From: Strigamia acuminata
Taxonomy: Eukaryota
Direction: 5' to 3'
NCBI GenBank assembly: GCA_949358305.1
Contig: OX442314.1
Span: forward strand, 24,552,001-24,616,000
Length of the DNA: 64,000 nt
Shown here: piece after piece, positions 1-12,439 of the stretch
Layout: every line of letters begins with the position of its first letter
Numbering within the stretch: the stretch's first letter is position 1
The notes under the pieces: model-generated
The model's database searches: none
What the model was told of the DNA's origin: nothing
Seen by the model: only the letters and a program-made list of their open reading frames with translations
Translations under genes and position numbers: made by a program

Positions 1-2
1 GA

Positions 3-689
3 GGTCGAGCTACGACCTCAAGTTCAACCACGTTTTTTACGCACGTCGAAAACACCAATTTAGGGGCGCGACCCAAAGCTCGACCGAAACCACGCGGAGC
101 TTTGATACTCCGGCCCGGGGGCCGATCTTGTTACGTAAAACGTCCAGACGAGTCAGCTGCGGCGCCCAACCCGCCGACACCACCAAGGAGCGTTCATTCG
201 CCTATTCGAGCGCCCACTCCATCGCCCAAGAAGGACGATCCACCGAAATCACTCCAATCGGCGGCTGGAGCTGCCGAAACCAAGAAGCAAGAAAGCAGCC
301 CAATCTACATTAAGCTGCGAAGAACTTACCCAAGACTCGAGATGCATCCGCATACGAGGATTTTGCTCAAACACAACGTGGAGCTTTGCCACCACGTTTT
401 CAACTGGCTTGAGCGGAAAATACGAAAGAAGAGGCCGTGGATGTTGCATCAACGGCTGATCCGAGCTCGCCGACGCCCGTCCAACCCGCAAGAATTTTAC
501 GAAATGGCGTTTGGAGATGACGCCTTATCTCGACTCATCCGAAGTGTTTGGATACACGTCAACCCCGGCCTGTCATCTGGGCCGAATACGGGACAACCGT
601 TCATCAATGTTAACGAGAGCGGAAATCCGTTGTCCGACGAGACGGACATGATGTCAATAGACTTACCTTCACCTAAAACACCCGAGTAG
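3..689 (+). CDS. 5'-truncated ORF of unknown function in the 3' internal region of an LTR retrotransposon
   Basis: The frame of ORF 102..689 is open back to the window edge (GRATTSSSTTFFTHVENTNLGARPKARPKPRGA...), giving at least 228 codons. It is GC-richer than host DNA and stops (TAG 687-689) ~250 bp before the PPT/LTR. No RT, IN or env motif recognised. Confidence 0.5.
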   Translation, partial: GRATTSSSTTFFTHVENTNLGARPKARPKPRGALILRPGGRSCYVKRPDESAAAPNPPTPPRSVHSPIRAPTPSPKKDDPPKSLQSAAGAAETKKQESSPIYIKLRRTYPRLEMHPHTRILLKHNVELCHHVFNWLERKIRKKRPWMLHQRLIRARRRPSNPQEFYEMAFGDDALSRLIRSVWIHVNPGLSSGPNTGQPFINVNESGNPLSDETDMMSIDLPSPKTPE

Positions 690-935
690 GCCGATGGCGG
701 CCAGAAAACAGAAACAAATCTGGTTGTTTCCGAAAATAAGTCTTTTCGAGAAACGTTTATTTTCATGTACATTCCTTTCATTTAATCATTTAATCACCAA
801 TGTTTTCTTTTAATGCATGTACCTATTATTATATAACGAATATTAAAGAATATCTATGTCGAATTTGAAAAAAGAAAATTACCTGGTCTTGTTGTAATTA
901 ACTAAGAAACAAACAAAAAATTGTAAAAGTTAATT

Positions 936-944
936 GGGGGGAAG
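936..944 (+). other. Polypurine tract (PPT) of LTR retrotransposon
   Basis: GGGGGGAAG directly abuts the TGTTGCG start of the LTR. Confidence 0.7.
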
Positions 945-2123
945 TGTTGCGATCTCAAATGTTCACTTCATTTGTGGAGAGGTTTTTCTACCACGTTTTT
1001 AAGATATTATTTATATTTTAACCATAATCATTAGAATTGTGTTTTTTGCCGTGCACCTGTTGCGCTTTTGGGCAATTGGCCCAGAAGCTGTAACGGCTGC
1101 CCTGGCATTTTGAGCCCTGGATTGGGGCGTTGCTAAGTCAATCCCCAAATTTTGCACCGTTGCTAGGGCTGAAGCGTGCCTTGGCACACGCCACGCCTGC
1201 GCACTGGCCGTTTTCCGGCCATATTCCGAGTAATAATTCGAATTATTACTCACTCTTTGCATCACACTCATACCGTTCACACCGACACAGCTTTGTTCAC
1301 AACCAAAAACACTGTTTTGTCCGTGACTCGTGAGTTTTGCCAAGTTTCAACCCGATTTGTTTGAACCAACGTTCAAACGAATCACTTTCCGAGCCGCGAA
1401 GACGACGCACGACGGCCCAAACCACCGTCGTTCCCGCCGCCGCCCGAAGACCAACGCGCCCACGCCGTTGAAGATCGACGCCAGCCAGCCGCCGAGGATT
1501 GCAGAGCCATCGTCGCCGCTCCTCGACCTGTTGACGACGATTCCGATTCAGATTGCAGCGGATCTCCAGTCAGGTTTTAACGATCGGCGGTACCCGCCGT
1601 TTGACTACTTGTCTCCAACGGAAATCTCCCGTTGCAATCTAGGGTTTAACCCAAGATTTCTCGTCTTGTCAGGCTTAACAGCCGACACTCTTTGTGAAGT
1701 CTTTCGGCTTCACGCTTCCTTTCTCACTTCGCAGAATTTGCGCGGCGACGAGTCGCCATTTCTGCACTGCTTTTTCCCGCCCGAAGGAGTCCCGCGCTGC
1801 TTCGAGCACGTCGCCTTCTACGCCGACGATCTTATCCTCATAGAACCCATCTTATTAACATTCTCTTCAATAGAACCTGTACTTAACGCTCAATAAATTG
1901 ATTAACTGTTTGATTTAAAATAACTAAACTAGCCTTTATTCGAGATCAAATCCCTAGACACCGACTTAACGGCTAACCCACCCGATAGAAGACCTATAAA
2001 CGGCATTCAACTGCTTCCACAGGTGAACGCCGGGATCTCTTGCAATTGGAAAAATCCCATAGTGACTAAATATAAATTTAGTGTTGTTGTGAAAAGTCAA
2101 TTGGAACCATCAGGAACGCAACA
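945..2123 (+). mobile_element. 3' LTR (~1179 bp) of an LTR retrotransposon; superfamily undetermined
   Basis: Starts TGTTGCGATC right after the PPT and ends GAACGCAACA (TG...CA, terminal inverted repeat TGTTGCG/CGCAACA, 9/10 match). AATAAA at ~1892. The partner LTR would lie left of the window. Confidence 0.7.
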
Positions 2124-3725
2124 ATGTGGCGCCATCGGTGGCAAAACGCAGTGAACATGTGGATACGTGTCCATTATTTAACATTAAACATCTCAACGGG
2201 TTCCGATTACTTTGTCGCAAGCAAGAAAGTGTCCACTGCTGAGGTGTTTCAATCTTATTATAAAGAAACCGGTCCAATCGATTTCAAACGAGTTTTCCTC
2301 GATTCTTTAAGAAAACCACGAGCAGCCATTGGGCCCTGCCCAGAAGGAAACTTCAGAATTTTTATATACCGATGTCTCAGATGGAAATATTAATTTTCCG
2401 AATGTCTAATTATTGTATGTTTTACATTACACTCAGGATTTGGCTCTGCCCATATCCCTTACCTATTACTGTATTATTTTTTAAATTAGACAAGCCATAA
2501 AAGTTAACAACACTTACTTGCTTAGTGTAATTTTGATTTTACTTATTCTTAATTACATCATATTTGTCATTTCCATAATTAAAATAAAATCTATGTAGTC
2601 CAGCATCAATATTGCCTGTTTCCTCATGTTATTTCAATTGCGACATTATTTCTTTGCACTCTTAAATCGATATTATAGTACAACATGTGATTGGTTGAAT
2701 TATCGATCAAATGCAATACCAGAATAACCAACCATTTTTCAGAGCACTTAAAATTCGATTTAATCAAGCATGTTTTTAAACTAACAAGTAAGACCATTTT
2801 GTTTACTGCCTAAAGATTTAATGTTGGCTAAACCCTTGTGAAAGATGAAGTTCCATACTCCAAATGATGCTCCAGTGGATCCAAGAAGATTCGGTTAACC
2901 TCATATTAAAACACCAAGACTCTACTATCCTATTACACTTTCCTTGCACGATTTAAAACGTCATTAATTCCAGTTACGAATTTGCAGCTAAAATCATGAT
3001 CGCCGACAAACAAATCCCCGACCCAATTTCCACTTCTCGTAATGTTGTTTAAATGAAAAAAAGTGCACGCCCGCAAAAAAAGAAAAAGAAAAGAAAAAAC
3101 GAGAGTGCAAAAGGTTACGTTAATAAATTGTCAGTAAGAAAATCCCCGATGCCAGAACCATTTCTCAAACGAGCACGGAATTTAAACAGAGATTGAAGAT
3201 TCCTCGTTTCGGTGCGGATGAGTTTGAAGAGACCGATTCTAAGTCAAACTGACATCCACTCGCACACCTACAAATCGGCTCGACAAACCGTTCGGACGGA
3301 GCCCACGTCAAAGAATGATGCGTTTCTCACCCACAAATATCCATCACCCGAGCCACCGTCGACGGCTCCTACAGACCACCGAATTAACGCTCGCCAGACA
3401 GAACTCCCATCACTGGGAAATAACGTCACAGATTCATTCTGGTCGTTTGCACGGCGCTCGACTAATGAGAAGGAATTGGTCCTTTTTTCTTCTCTTTCAC
3501 CTGGCTCCTTAATCCTACTTTCTCCATGTGCGCAAAGACCCTGAGAAATGGCACCTGAACGTGCCATTCTCTCCATTTGTTGGGAACAAATCACAAAACT
3601 TTTTCCACATTTCAAAACACTGCAAAATTCTTTCACAAACTGCACAAATGTCTCTCGTCAGATCCAAAAGTCTAATCTTTAATTTAATTTCACCAAAGGC
3701 CTTTCGATCGAACTTCATCTGCTTG

Positions 3726-3939
3726 TACACTATTTTCCCTTATTTTTACACTAAAAGAAACTAAATTTTACACGACCCTGCTTTCTTTTTTATACCTAAC
3801 CTAACCTGATCTAACCTAAACCAGTATTTGATGTGTATGATTTTTTTAGTGAAGAAATAAAGGAAAATAGTGTTGGTATTCAGAAATTTAATGTAAAAGT
3901 CAGGGATTTTTAGTGTAAAAAATAGGAAAAAATAGTGTA
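3726..3939. mobile_element. MITE-like element with ~30-bp imperfect inverted ends and internal CCTAA repeats
   Basis: Left TACACTATTTTCCCTTATTTTTACACTAAAA pairs with right TTTTAGTGTAAAAAATAGGAAAAAATAGTGTA; CCTAACCTAACCT lies inside. Related sequence at ~54405-54482. Confidence 0.5.
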
Positions 3940-6900
3940 AAAATAATATAATCTCCTTTGGACCTTCCGATCATCGTCAGTCATGTGAATTTATTTCACT
4001 ACAATGTCACTTTGTGTAAAATGCATTCAAAGTTTGGCAAACGCACTGTTTTTGCTGTTTACAAGAAAACCAAAACCCACAAAAACAGAAACCTTAAATG
4101 ATGGTCGCACACATTCTTTATTCTTCATTTGGTGCAAATGCATCAGGTGAAGTTCTGCGGTCATCTTTAACATAGTTATGAACAAAAATCACAAGACAAA
4201 CCAAAGCTACGTATAAGAATAAAGTCAACAATGCATTTTTAATGTTGATCAACATTTTTTAATACACTGTATGTAAAGAAAGGTGTAAAATTTTAATTTT
4301 ATTTTTATGCCAACTAAATACTGATTTCCAAGTTGAGGAAGTTCATGAACTAACCTTAAGGCAACCATACTAAGCAATTCCGAGGCAAATCTGTGGAAAT
4401 CGCTCCATGCAGATCCCCCCTTGTAAGATTATTTTTCTCAATTTAACTCATATGGCAAATGAATACGGGCAATGAAAAAGGCCGAACTAAAAATCGACGA
4501 TGGGTCATTTGCATTTTATAACCTCGTTGTGAGTCGGTAGCAGCTCAAAGTATCGACTTCATTGCACTGCGCGCACGCACACACCCCCATACCGGCAACC
4601 TCCTGTCGTTCGCTCGTAAAAATGCATTTTATTGACCACTTAAAAAAATTCTACCCGTCAATATAGAAATTGGTGCACACACACACACAAGTGATGCGCC
4701 ACACCCGCAAGTTTCACTTTCATCGAAACCTAATGCCATCATTGATATTCAATTTTCGTATTGCACAATGCGCGAATTTTTCAAACGAAAATAATAATAG
4801 CCGGAATGCGTGCTTAGACGTTGTCGCGTTAAGGAAACAAAAGAAATCGAAGGAACTTTCCTCTTTAGCCATGACAGCTGGCCAAGATTACGGCCAGTAC
4901 CGAGCTCACCCCTGAGTCGAGTATTGGCAGGCAACAGAAGAAGGGGGATCATGAAAAGGCCGAGATGCACTATTCCACCTTCTAAGCCCGTATCAAAAGG
5001 GAAAAGGACGTCTTGGAGATGATGCACCGCTAGCCAGGTGTGCTATCCACCGATAATGGCACACCACATACTGAACAAACTTTTCGCCATTTTTCCCTTC
5101 TTCGTTTAAAGAGAAACTCCGTCGAAACAAATTTTATTATTTTTACTTAGGAAATCAAATTCTATTCATTATCTGTGCTTAAACAAACCTGGACGGACTT
5201 TCCTTTCAGAAACCTTACGACTCTCTTGTTCAAATTACTAATTACTTTGTTTTTCCCGAAAACGGAAATGAAATCGCATCTGGAGACTCCAAGTATCGGA
5301 AGATCCGGTTTACAGTAGTTCGATAGAAACATATAAATAAAAAACAAGGCTATATTCAGCTCTTTAATGCATTGATTAATGAACGCTAGAGCCATTTACT
5401 CGGGCTAGCGAGTGAATCTCATTAAGCAAAGAGCTCCACTCTCTCTCTCTCTCTCGCTCTCTCTTCCTCGATTTGCAAGGCCTCGTTTCCTACTGTCTTC
5501 AAAATAATTGTAAACTTGCATTAGTCATGGGGTTGGTCCGACATTGCGGCTGCTTTCAAAAGTTTGAACCCGATAGACATCAGTATCGCCCACACTGTTG
5601 AAGTGGGTCTCGATAAGTGGTAAATTGTGGCTCAATGACTGGCCTTTTCTCAGTCCGTCGCTGAATATTAATATCGCCTCTCTTGGCGTGTTTCGTCGCA
5701 CAAAGAAGTTGATGCAGTGTTTTATCTCTGCCGATATTGACAATGAGTTTTAAATAAAGAACAACTCATTGTGACAAAATCTTGATATATTATTTTTATT
5801 TTTTTTTTTTTATTTTTTTTTTTTTTAAAGAAAATTTCTTTGTATTCCTTTCATTACAAAAGAAAATTACTTTAAACATCAATTTTTTTTAATAGAGTTT
5901 TTTATTTATTTATTATAATCTGTTTTATCACCACCGGAAATTCAAAACATGTTTTGGAACGAAGTGATGAAAAAATAATCTTAAAGTATAAAAAAGAAAA
6001 AATTACTCAGGAAAAAAAAAATTAAAATAAAATATTAAAATTTGCTTTCGCGTGTAAAATTAATCTCCCATTTATGTGTCTACACGAGCGATCAATGGGA
6101 TTTCTCAAACCCTGTTCAATCAACAAGGGATTATCCGTTAATCTGATTACAATCCAATACCATATATCCAAAATAAACATCTAAAGCAATGGAATAAACT
6201 TTTGATCATTTATGCAGCGTTTATACAGAATAAATTTTTTTTTTTTTAAATAAAAATAAAAAACTGAAATTGTCTCTGAAAACGCAAAGTTTCATCATTT
6301 GATATAATGTTTGGTTGCACAAAGAATTCCAGTTACGACATAACACGTTAAAAACTATGAAACCAAGCCATACTCTAAGAAAAAATGAAACATTACTGGT
6401 AGTTATTCATGAAGTAATGTCTGCTGCCACGAGAAAATAGCATGGCACAAGGATATTTCCCCTGATAATAATGTCACTTCCTTACAAAGAATATATTAAC
6501 TAGTTATAAGTCAAACTAATTGAGAAAAACAAACTGAAATGTAAACAAAAATTTTAAACATAAACAATAAAAAAAAAAATTGGATCAGTTTTGCAAAGAA
6601 TAACAAAAACAGGAAAACAAAAATTTTCAAAAATTTCTGTAAAGCAAACACTGAAATTCTACTCTTTTCACAAGAAATTACTATAATAAAACCAGAAGGA
6701 GAAAAATTCAAAGTATCATTAGTGATCCATATAATTTAAACTTACAATTAATGATGAATGTGAGAACTAAATAAGTAATTCGAGATGTCGACGAAACTAT
6801 TAATTAAATATTGTAGATGAAATTTCACCTCTACAAATAATGGGTTATTATTTAAATTACTAAGCCAAACTTTGCTTTAGTTAAAGCGTCAATGGCTCTG

Positions 6901-7119
6901 AAATTTCATCATTAATACTCAAATTCCCTTGTTTTTTCAAAAAATTACTGCAAATTGATCAATTCAAAAGTTCCTGTCAGATGGCAGCATCAGTCAAGTG
7001 CAGTGTTTTGTAGTTCCACCCAGTCATCACCAGTCGGCATAAGAGTGAATAAAGTTCTGCTTTTCGTCACTAGATATCACTACTATACAGTCCAACCAGA
7101 GGTGCAACCTCTTCAATAA

Positions 7120-8264
7120 TTGATTTGGAGTTGATTTACTGAGTTACATCTGATTTACTAAACATGCAGTTGATTTACTGGATTTGCAGTTGATTTACTG
7201 GATTTGCAGTTGATTTACAAGATTTGAGTTGATTTTTCTAATTTGCAGTTGATTTTCTTAATTTGCAATTGATTTTCCTAATTTGCAGTTGATTTTCCTA
7301 ATTTGCAGTTGATTTTCCTAATTTGCAGTTGATTTTCCTAATTTGCAGTTGATTTTCCTAATTTGCAGTTGATTTTCCTAATTTGCAGTTGATTTTCCTA
7401 ATTTGCAATTGATTTTCCTAATTTGCAATTGATTTACTGGATTTGCAGTTGATTTACTGAATTTGCAGTTGATTTACTGGATTTGCAGTTGATTTACTGG
7501 ATTTGCAGTTGATTTACTGGATTTGCAGTTGATTTACTGGATTTGCAGTTGATTTACTGGATTTGCAGTTGATTTACTGGATTTGCAGTTGATTTACTGG
7601 ATTTGCAGTTGATTTACTGGATTTGCAGTTGATTTACTGGATTTGCAGTTGATTTACTGGATTTGCAGTTGATTTACTGGATTTGCAGTTGATTTACTGG
7701 ATTTGCAGTTGATTTACTGGATTTGCAGTTGATTTACTGGATTTGCAGTTGATTTACTGGATTTGCAGTTGATTTACTGGATTTGCAGTTGATTTACTGG
7801 ATTTGCAGTTGATTTACTGGATTTGCAGTTGATTTACTGGATTTGCAGTTGATTTACTGGATTTGCAGTTGATTTACTGGATTTGCAGTTGATTTACTGG
7901 ATTTGCAGTTGATTTACTGGATTTGCAGTTGATTTACTGGATTTGCAGTTGATTTACTGGATTTGCAGTTGATTTACTGGATTTGCAGTTGATTTACTGG
8001 ATTTGCAGTTGATTTACTGGATTTGCAGTTGATTTACTGGATTTGCAGTTGATTTACTGGATTTGCAGTTGATTTACTGGATTTGCAGTTGATTTACTGG
8101 ATTTGCAGTTGATTTACTGGATTTGCAGTTGATTTACTGGATTTGCAGTTGATTTACTGGATTTGCAGTTGATTTACTGGATTTGCAGTTGATTTACTGG
8201 ATTTGCAGTTGATTTACTGGATTTGCAGTTGATTTACTGGATTTGCAGTTGATTTACTGGATTT
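7120..8264. repeat. 20-bp minisatellite, two variant blocks
   Basis: About 10 units of GATTTTCCTAATTTGCAGTT (7231-7430), then 41 almost identical units of GATTTACTGGATTTGCAGTT (7431-8250); degenerate units at the left edge. Confidence 0.98.
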
Positions 8265-8579
8265 CAAATCATAGCCCACATATCCTGCAGCGCGCTCCGA
8301 GGCCAGGATCTTGGCCTTCCTAACACTTTTCCAAACCCTGGGCTTAAAAAAATTGCCCCTTGTCGTAATTTTAAAAAAAAAACTTTTTACATTTATTGAA
8401 CACTTATGAAACCTCTTTAGTGAAGGAGCCTGGCGCCCCTGAGCTTCAGCTCAGTTAGTCCAATGGTTACGGTGGTGACCCTGGGAAATATGATGCAATG
8501 ATAATATACAGTGTCTAATAAAATAATTAATTTTAGTTGGATGGACAAAACACAAGTCAATACTTTATAGTCACTTTTT

Positions 8580-8967
8580 GTATTATTATTGTTATTATTA
8601 TACATTGTTTATTGCTGCCAACTGGGCTCTGTCAACCCCAAAAGCCAAAGCCTACCACGGAGTGACAGGAGTACAGTGTTGTGTTTCCGCCATGCAAGCC
8701 ACGATCTGTAGAACGACTTTCTTAAGGTTAAGGATTGAGGACCCAACCTTGCATTTGCACCGAGAAGTGGGAAAACCACAGTAAACCCAGTTAGAGACGG
8801 GTGAGAGATGTTCTTGCCGTAGAAACAGTATCTTAATCAGACAAGGATTAGATAAACAACTAGGATTCCCAGCATGGTCACCCATTCAAGTACTGACCAG
8901 ACGCAATACTGCTTAACTGCTGTGTTCAAATGGGGACAGGTGATCAGCACTGTGAGCTGTGAGCTGT
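8580..8967 (-). mobile_element. 5S rRNA-derived SINE (SINE3-type)
   Basis: The minus strand at ~8967-8855 reads ...CACCTGTCCCCATTTGAACACAGCAGTTAAGCAGTATTGCGTCTGGTCAGTACTTGAATGGGTGACCATGCTGGGAATCC, colinear with the 5S rRNA internal control region (AGTTAAGCAG...CTGGTTAGTACTTGGATGGGAGACC...TGGGAAT). A non-5S body and a (TAA)n tail at 8600-8580 follow. Second copy at 56710-56925. Confidence 0.8.
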
Positions 8968-11910
8968 TCCTTATGCATCCTTGAGGATAGGCATCTCACT
9001 TAGCTGGTTGACTTGCTTGGCCCCCCTAATCCGGGCCTCCAAGCTAGAGTTCTTTCAGCCCCTGTTGCAAATCTCAAATGTAACGAGTTGTTTGGGATGT
9101 GTTCTTCAAGTGTTGATGGAGTTGATGTAGCATTGGAGTGGTCAGGAAGCAGCCATTGTTTGAAAGTAGCTCCCTACCTGCCTAGCTGAGGGGCCCATAT
9201 ACGATGACATCTTGTAGGAAATTAGACACATAACGTTACAAAAGCAATCAATAATTCAGCAATCTTCAACAAAGAGTAAAGAGTTGTTGAAAGACAAATT
9301 GGTCTACATTACAATACCAAGCCGTCTGGCTTTCATCCTTAATCGCTCATATAAAATCATTAAGATTTTCACAATTTTGACTATTTGCACAGCAAAAAAA
9401 ATCCTATTTTGATCTTTACTGCCTTATAATCAATGTTCAGGCTCAGTGAAATATGGATAGATGCCTCATTTATATTGTAAATTTGGTATTTCTTCGGATT
9501 AAAGTGGACATAACTGAAAATCAATATGGACTATGGATTTGTGGGTATACACTACAGTACATTCTTGCATTTACAAACCTCCAAAATGAGATAGCCATAA
9601 AATAAGCAATGGATACACGATAGTACATTCAGGTAGGCCTACTACCATCAAACGACATAGCATAAGCTTATCAGCTTATCTTTCAGTGAGCTGAGATGTT
9701 TAGAGATTGCAAAGGATGTCTTTAGATTCTATTGATTCTATTCTATGAAAATCCCAACATCTTAACTTAAAATTGCAACACAACAGGGAAAATTGTGCAT
9801 GACTGGTGATCAATCACTTTTTAAGCATTTGTGATATAATCGATCAACTTTCAACATCATTGGTCCCATTCCTACATTTGAGCCAGTTTATTAAGTGCGT
9901 TTTATTACAAAATATACACAACAGTTGTTTAAACTTTAAAATATGAATAATAAAAGAAAGAGTGTGTGCTTAAAACCGTATATACGGTAAAAGTAAAACT
10001 AGTCGACTTATTCCAAATTATCAACTGTTGTATTGTATTGGTCTCTACTTGAAAATAGCTTCTGGCCAGTAACCACGGAAACCAACAAAATCAAGAATCT
10101 GTAATGGCGTCTTCGAGTCGAAAATAGATCGTCATCACCAAATAATAAATAGAAAACATGGTACGTATTACCTTTATCAATTGTCCTGTATTGTTCTCCA
10201 CCCCTCCCCTCACTGTTACGACGGAAGCGTCACTCATTCATCTTTCCCGGTTAGGAATCGCTACTAATGCGCCAAAAACGTTTCACGTCAATAACATTTT
10301 TATTTATAACATTTTATTCTGTTACCTAATTTCACTGGCTGAAGACGTGTGACGAGTAGTATGAAATAATCGATGATATAAGCTTACAGTCAACATAAAG
10401 ACTGTCAAACTAATGTTAATTCCTCCTAACACTAATTACTAATCCGTCTTTTAATCAAGTTGAGAAACACACAGATGCCGAAAACAAGCAAAATGTGTTT
10501 GAGCCAATTGTGACAGAAATGTAGGTCGGTTTTTTTATACAAAAACGTTCAAACTCAACATAGATACACAAGTTGGGTCTCCTCTCACTCACAGATTTGT
10601 GTATAGGTGGCGCTTTGGCACTTTGCGCTTACGCATCACAATTCATATCAAATATACATTTAGTAAGAACAGACTTTTCTATCTTTATTGCCTTTGTGCA
10701 AAGCCACACACATGTATATGTATGTGTGTGTATGTATGAAGAATGCGTGCGTTTTACAGTATTTTTAAAGCTGCTCAACTTCACTGCATTTGCTCAACTT
10801 AAACTATTACAGAGTAGACATGTCAATATTTTAAACTGTTCTTTAAAACCGGCCCTGTAAATAAATAATGCTCTGTTGCCATTCACGCCGCAACAACAAG
10901 TTTATAACACAATTTAAAGGACTTTTCCATCAGTTCATATCACTTATTTACTTGTACTCATGCCAGTGAAGTGAACCTTGTTTTTCTTTTCCTAACCAAC
11001 ACAAGTAATCAAATTGAGAGAAGGGACGTCCAAGTGTGACAAAAAAGGTTAGATGACCTCTAGAGCCCTTGAATAACCCTACTGTGTCTTAAATACAAGT
11101 AAGCATGACTTAATCCTCAAAGAATTGCACAAATAAATGTTTACTTTACATTATCCTTTGTTAAATTTACTAATTTACATTTCATCCGTAAGTAAAATTA
11201 ACTCGACTTTCTTAAAGCACATTTTAAAAATGTTCATCTGATTAAACAGTTAATAAGTAATGTCTATTATAAATTCCAAGTAAATTAACCTAAACATGAT
11301 TGTATTTGTCTTTCCTTTCATTGCGTAGCACTAGATGGCACGCTCAACACATTTTTGTATTGGCATTGTATTCGAAAATCAAATTATTGCAGACACATTT
11401 TTTAAAGCTTGACACTTATAGGTAAGTAGATTGCTACTTCGGGCGTCGAACGGTTAAATTTTTAAAGTGTGTTTGGTTTGGAATTAAAGATGAACAACTA
11501 ATTTAAACACGCGAAACTCGCAAGGGGTTCAAAATATTTCTACCGTATTTTAGAATGCAGCAAGTGAAACACAGCAAACATGTTTCAAGCTGGTTTCGGT
11601 TTTCATTTTTCTGACTTCACTTTTCAATGTTGCTGTGTCAGGTTTGATTTAGCAAAGTTTTAAAAGATTTTTCTTTTCTTTTTTTTTGTTCATAAGTTTT
11701 ATCAGTATCCCATTAAATTACAAAAAGCTATTATTTACATGGAACACACTTTGATAGATTACTTACCACGAATAAAATGAGTCGAAGGAACATCCAACTC
11801 CTTTACTCAGGCAATGGTTGAGCGACCACGCTTGGCCACTTTGTTTATTTTCAAAACATAAATTACCGTTGAATCCAAAATACCGTAGTTTGTGATATCA
11901 ATACAGTAAT

Positions 11911-12438
11911 AGTGAGTTTGCGGTTGCCAATTGTTCCTTATAATTATGAGTTACAAACTCATAATTATAATTATGATTCCTTCTTGAAATAGGTACTTGC
12001 GGTACAATAAATATATTTTATAAATTATACTTATAAATAGATACCATGTAATGGTAGAACAAATCTCTATGCAAAAGAAAATGAAAATCTGTAGTTTTAC
12101 TAATTTGAAAGTTTTCAGACATGAAATTGTCTTCCAGTTTATTTATTTGCTTACCTGGAATGATTTTAGTTGTTTCTATCTTTCGATGGCAGAAAGAAAT
12201 TGTGATTGAGGCTGAATGTTGAAACAGGTCAGGCAGCCATTTTGAATTTCCATTAGCACCATCGGCGCCATTTGCAATAGTGGGAGGAGCTTCAAATAGT
12301 GTTAAGCGATCTGATTGGCTCCCTTATTTTACAAAATAGTGTAAAAGTTGAGTAGTTACGTTATGTTATAAGTCCATTTTTATAATTATGAGCTTGTAAC
12401 TCATAATTATAAGGAACAATTGACAACCGCAAACTCAC

Positions 12439-12439
<1 letters not shown>
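11911..12439. mobile_element. MITE with ~60-bp TIRs and 3-bp AAT/TAA target duplication (PIF/Harbinger-like)
   Basis: Left AGTGAGTTTGCGGTTGCCAATTGTTCCTTATAATTATGAGTTACAA pairs with right TTGTAACTCATAATTATAAGGAACAATTGACAACCGCAAACTCACT; AAT flanks both ends. Confidence 0.85.

Noticed and set aside
7120..8264. CRISPR-like regular repeat
   Set aside because: Head-to-tail units with no unique spacers, no cas genes and a eukaryotic context.
8855..8967. Functional 5S rRNA gene
   Set aside because: Too diverged, lacks the terminal stem and a downstream T-run terminator, and is fused to a repeated body and tail; better explained as a SINE head.
9560..9890. Possible LINE RT relic on the minus strand (TIVYPLLIYG...SFW; GMGPMM)
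   Set aside because: Motifs are short, out of frame and wrongly spaced; not supportable without a translated search.
9975..9988. Palindrome ACCGTATATACGGT resembling fused CCGTA...TACGG MITE ends
   Set aside because: Only 14 bp and the left TA TSD is missing; chance cannot be excluded.
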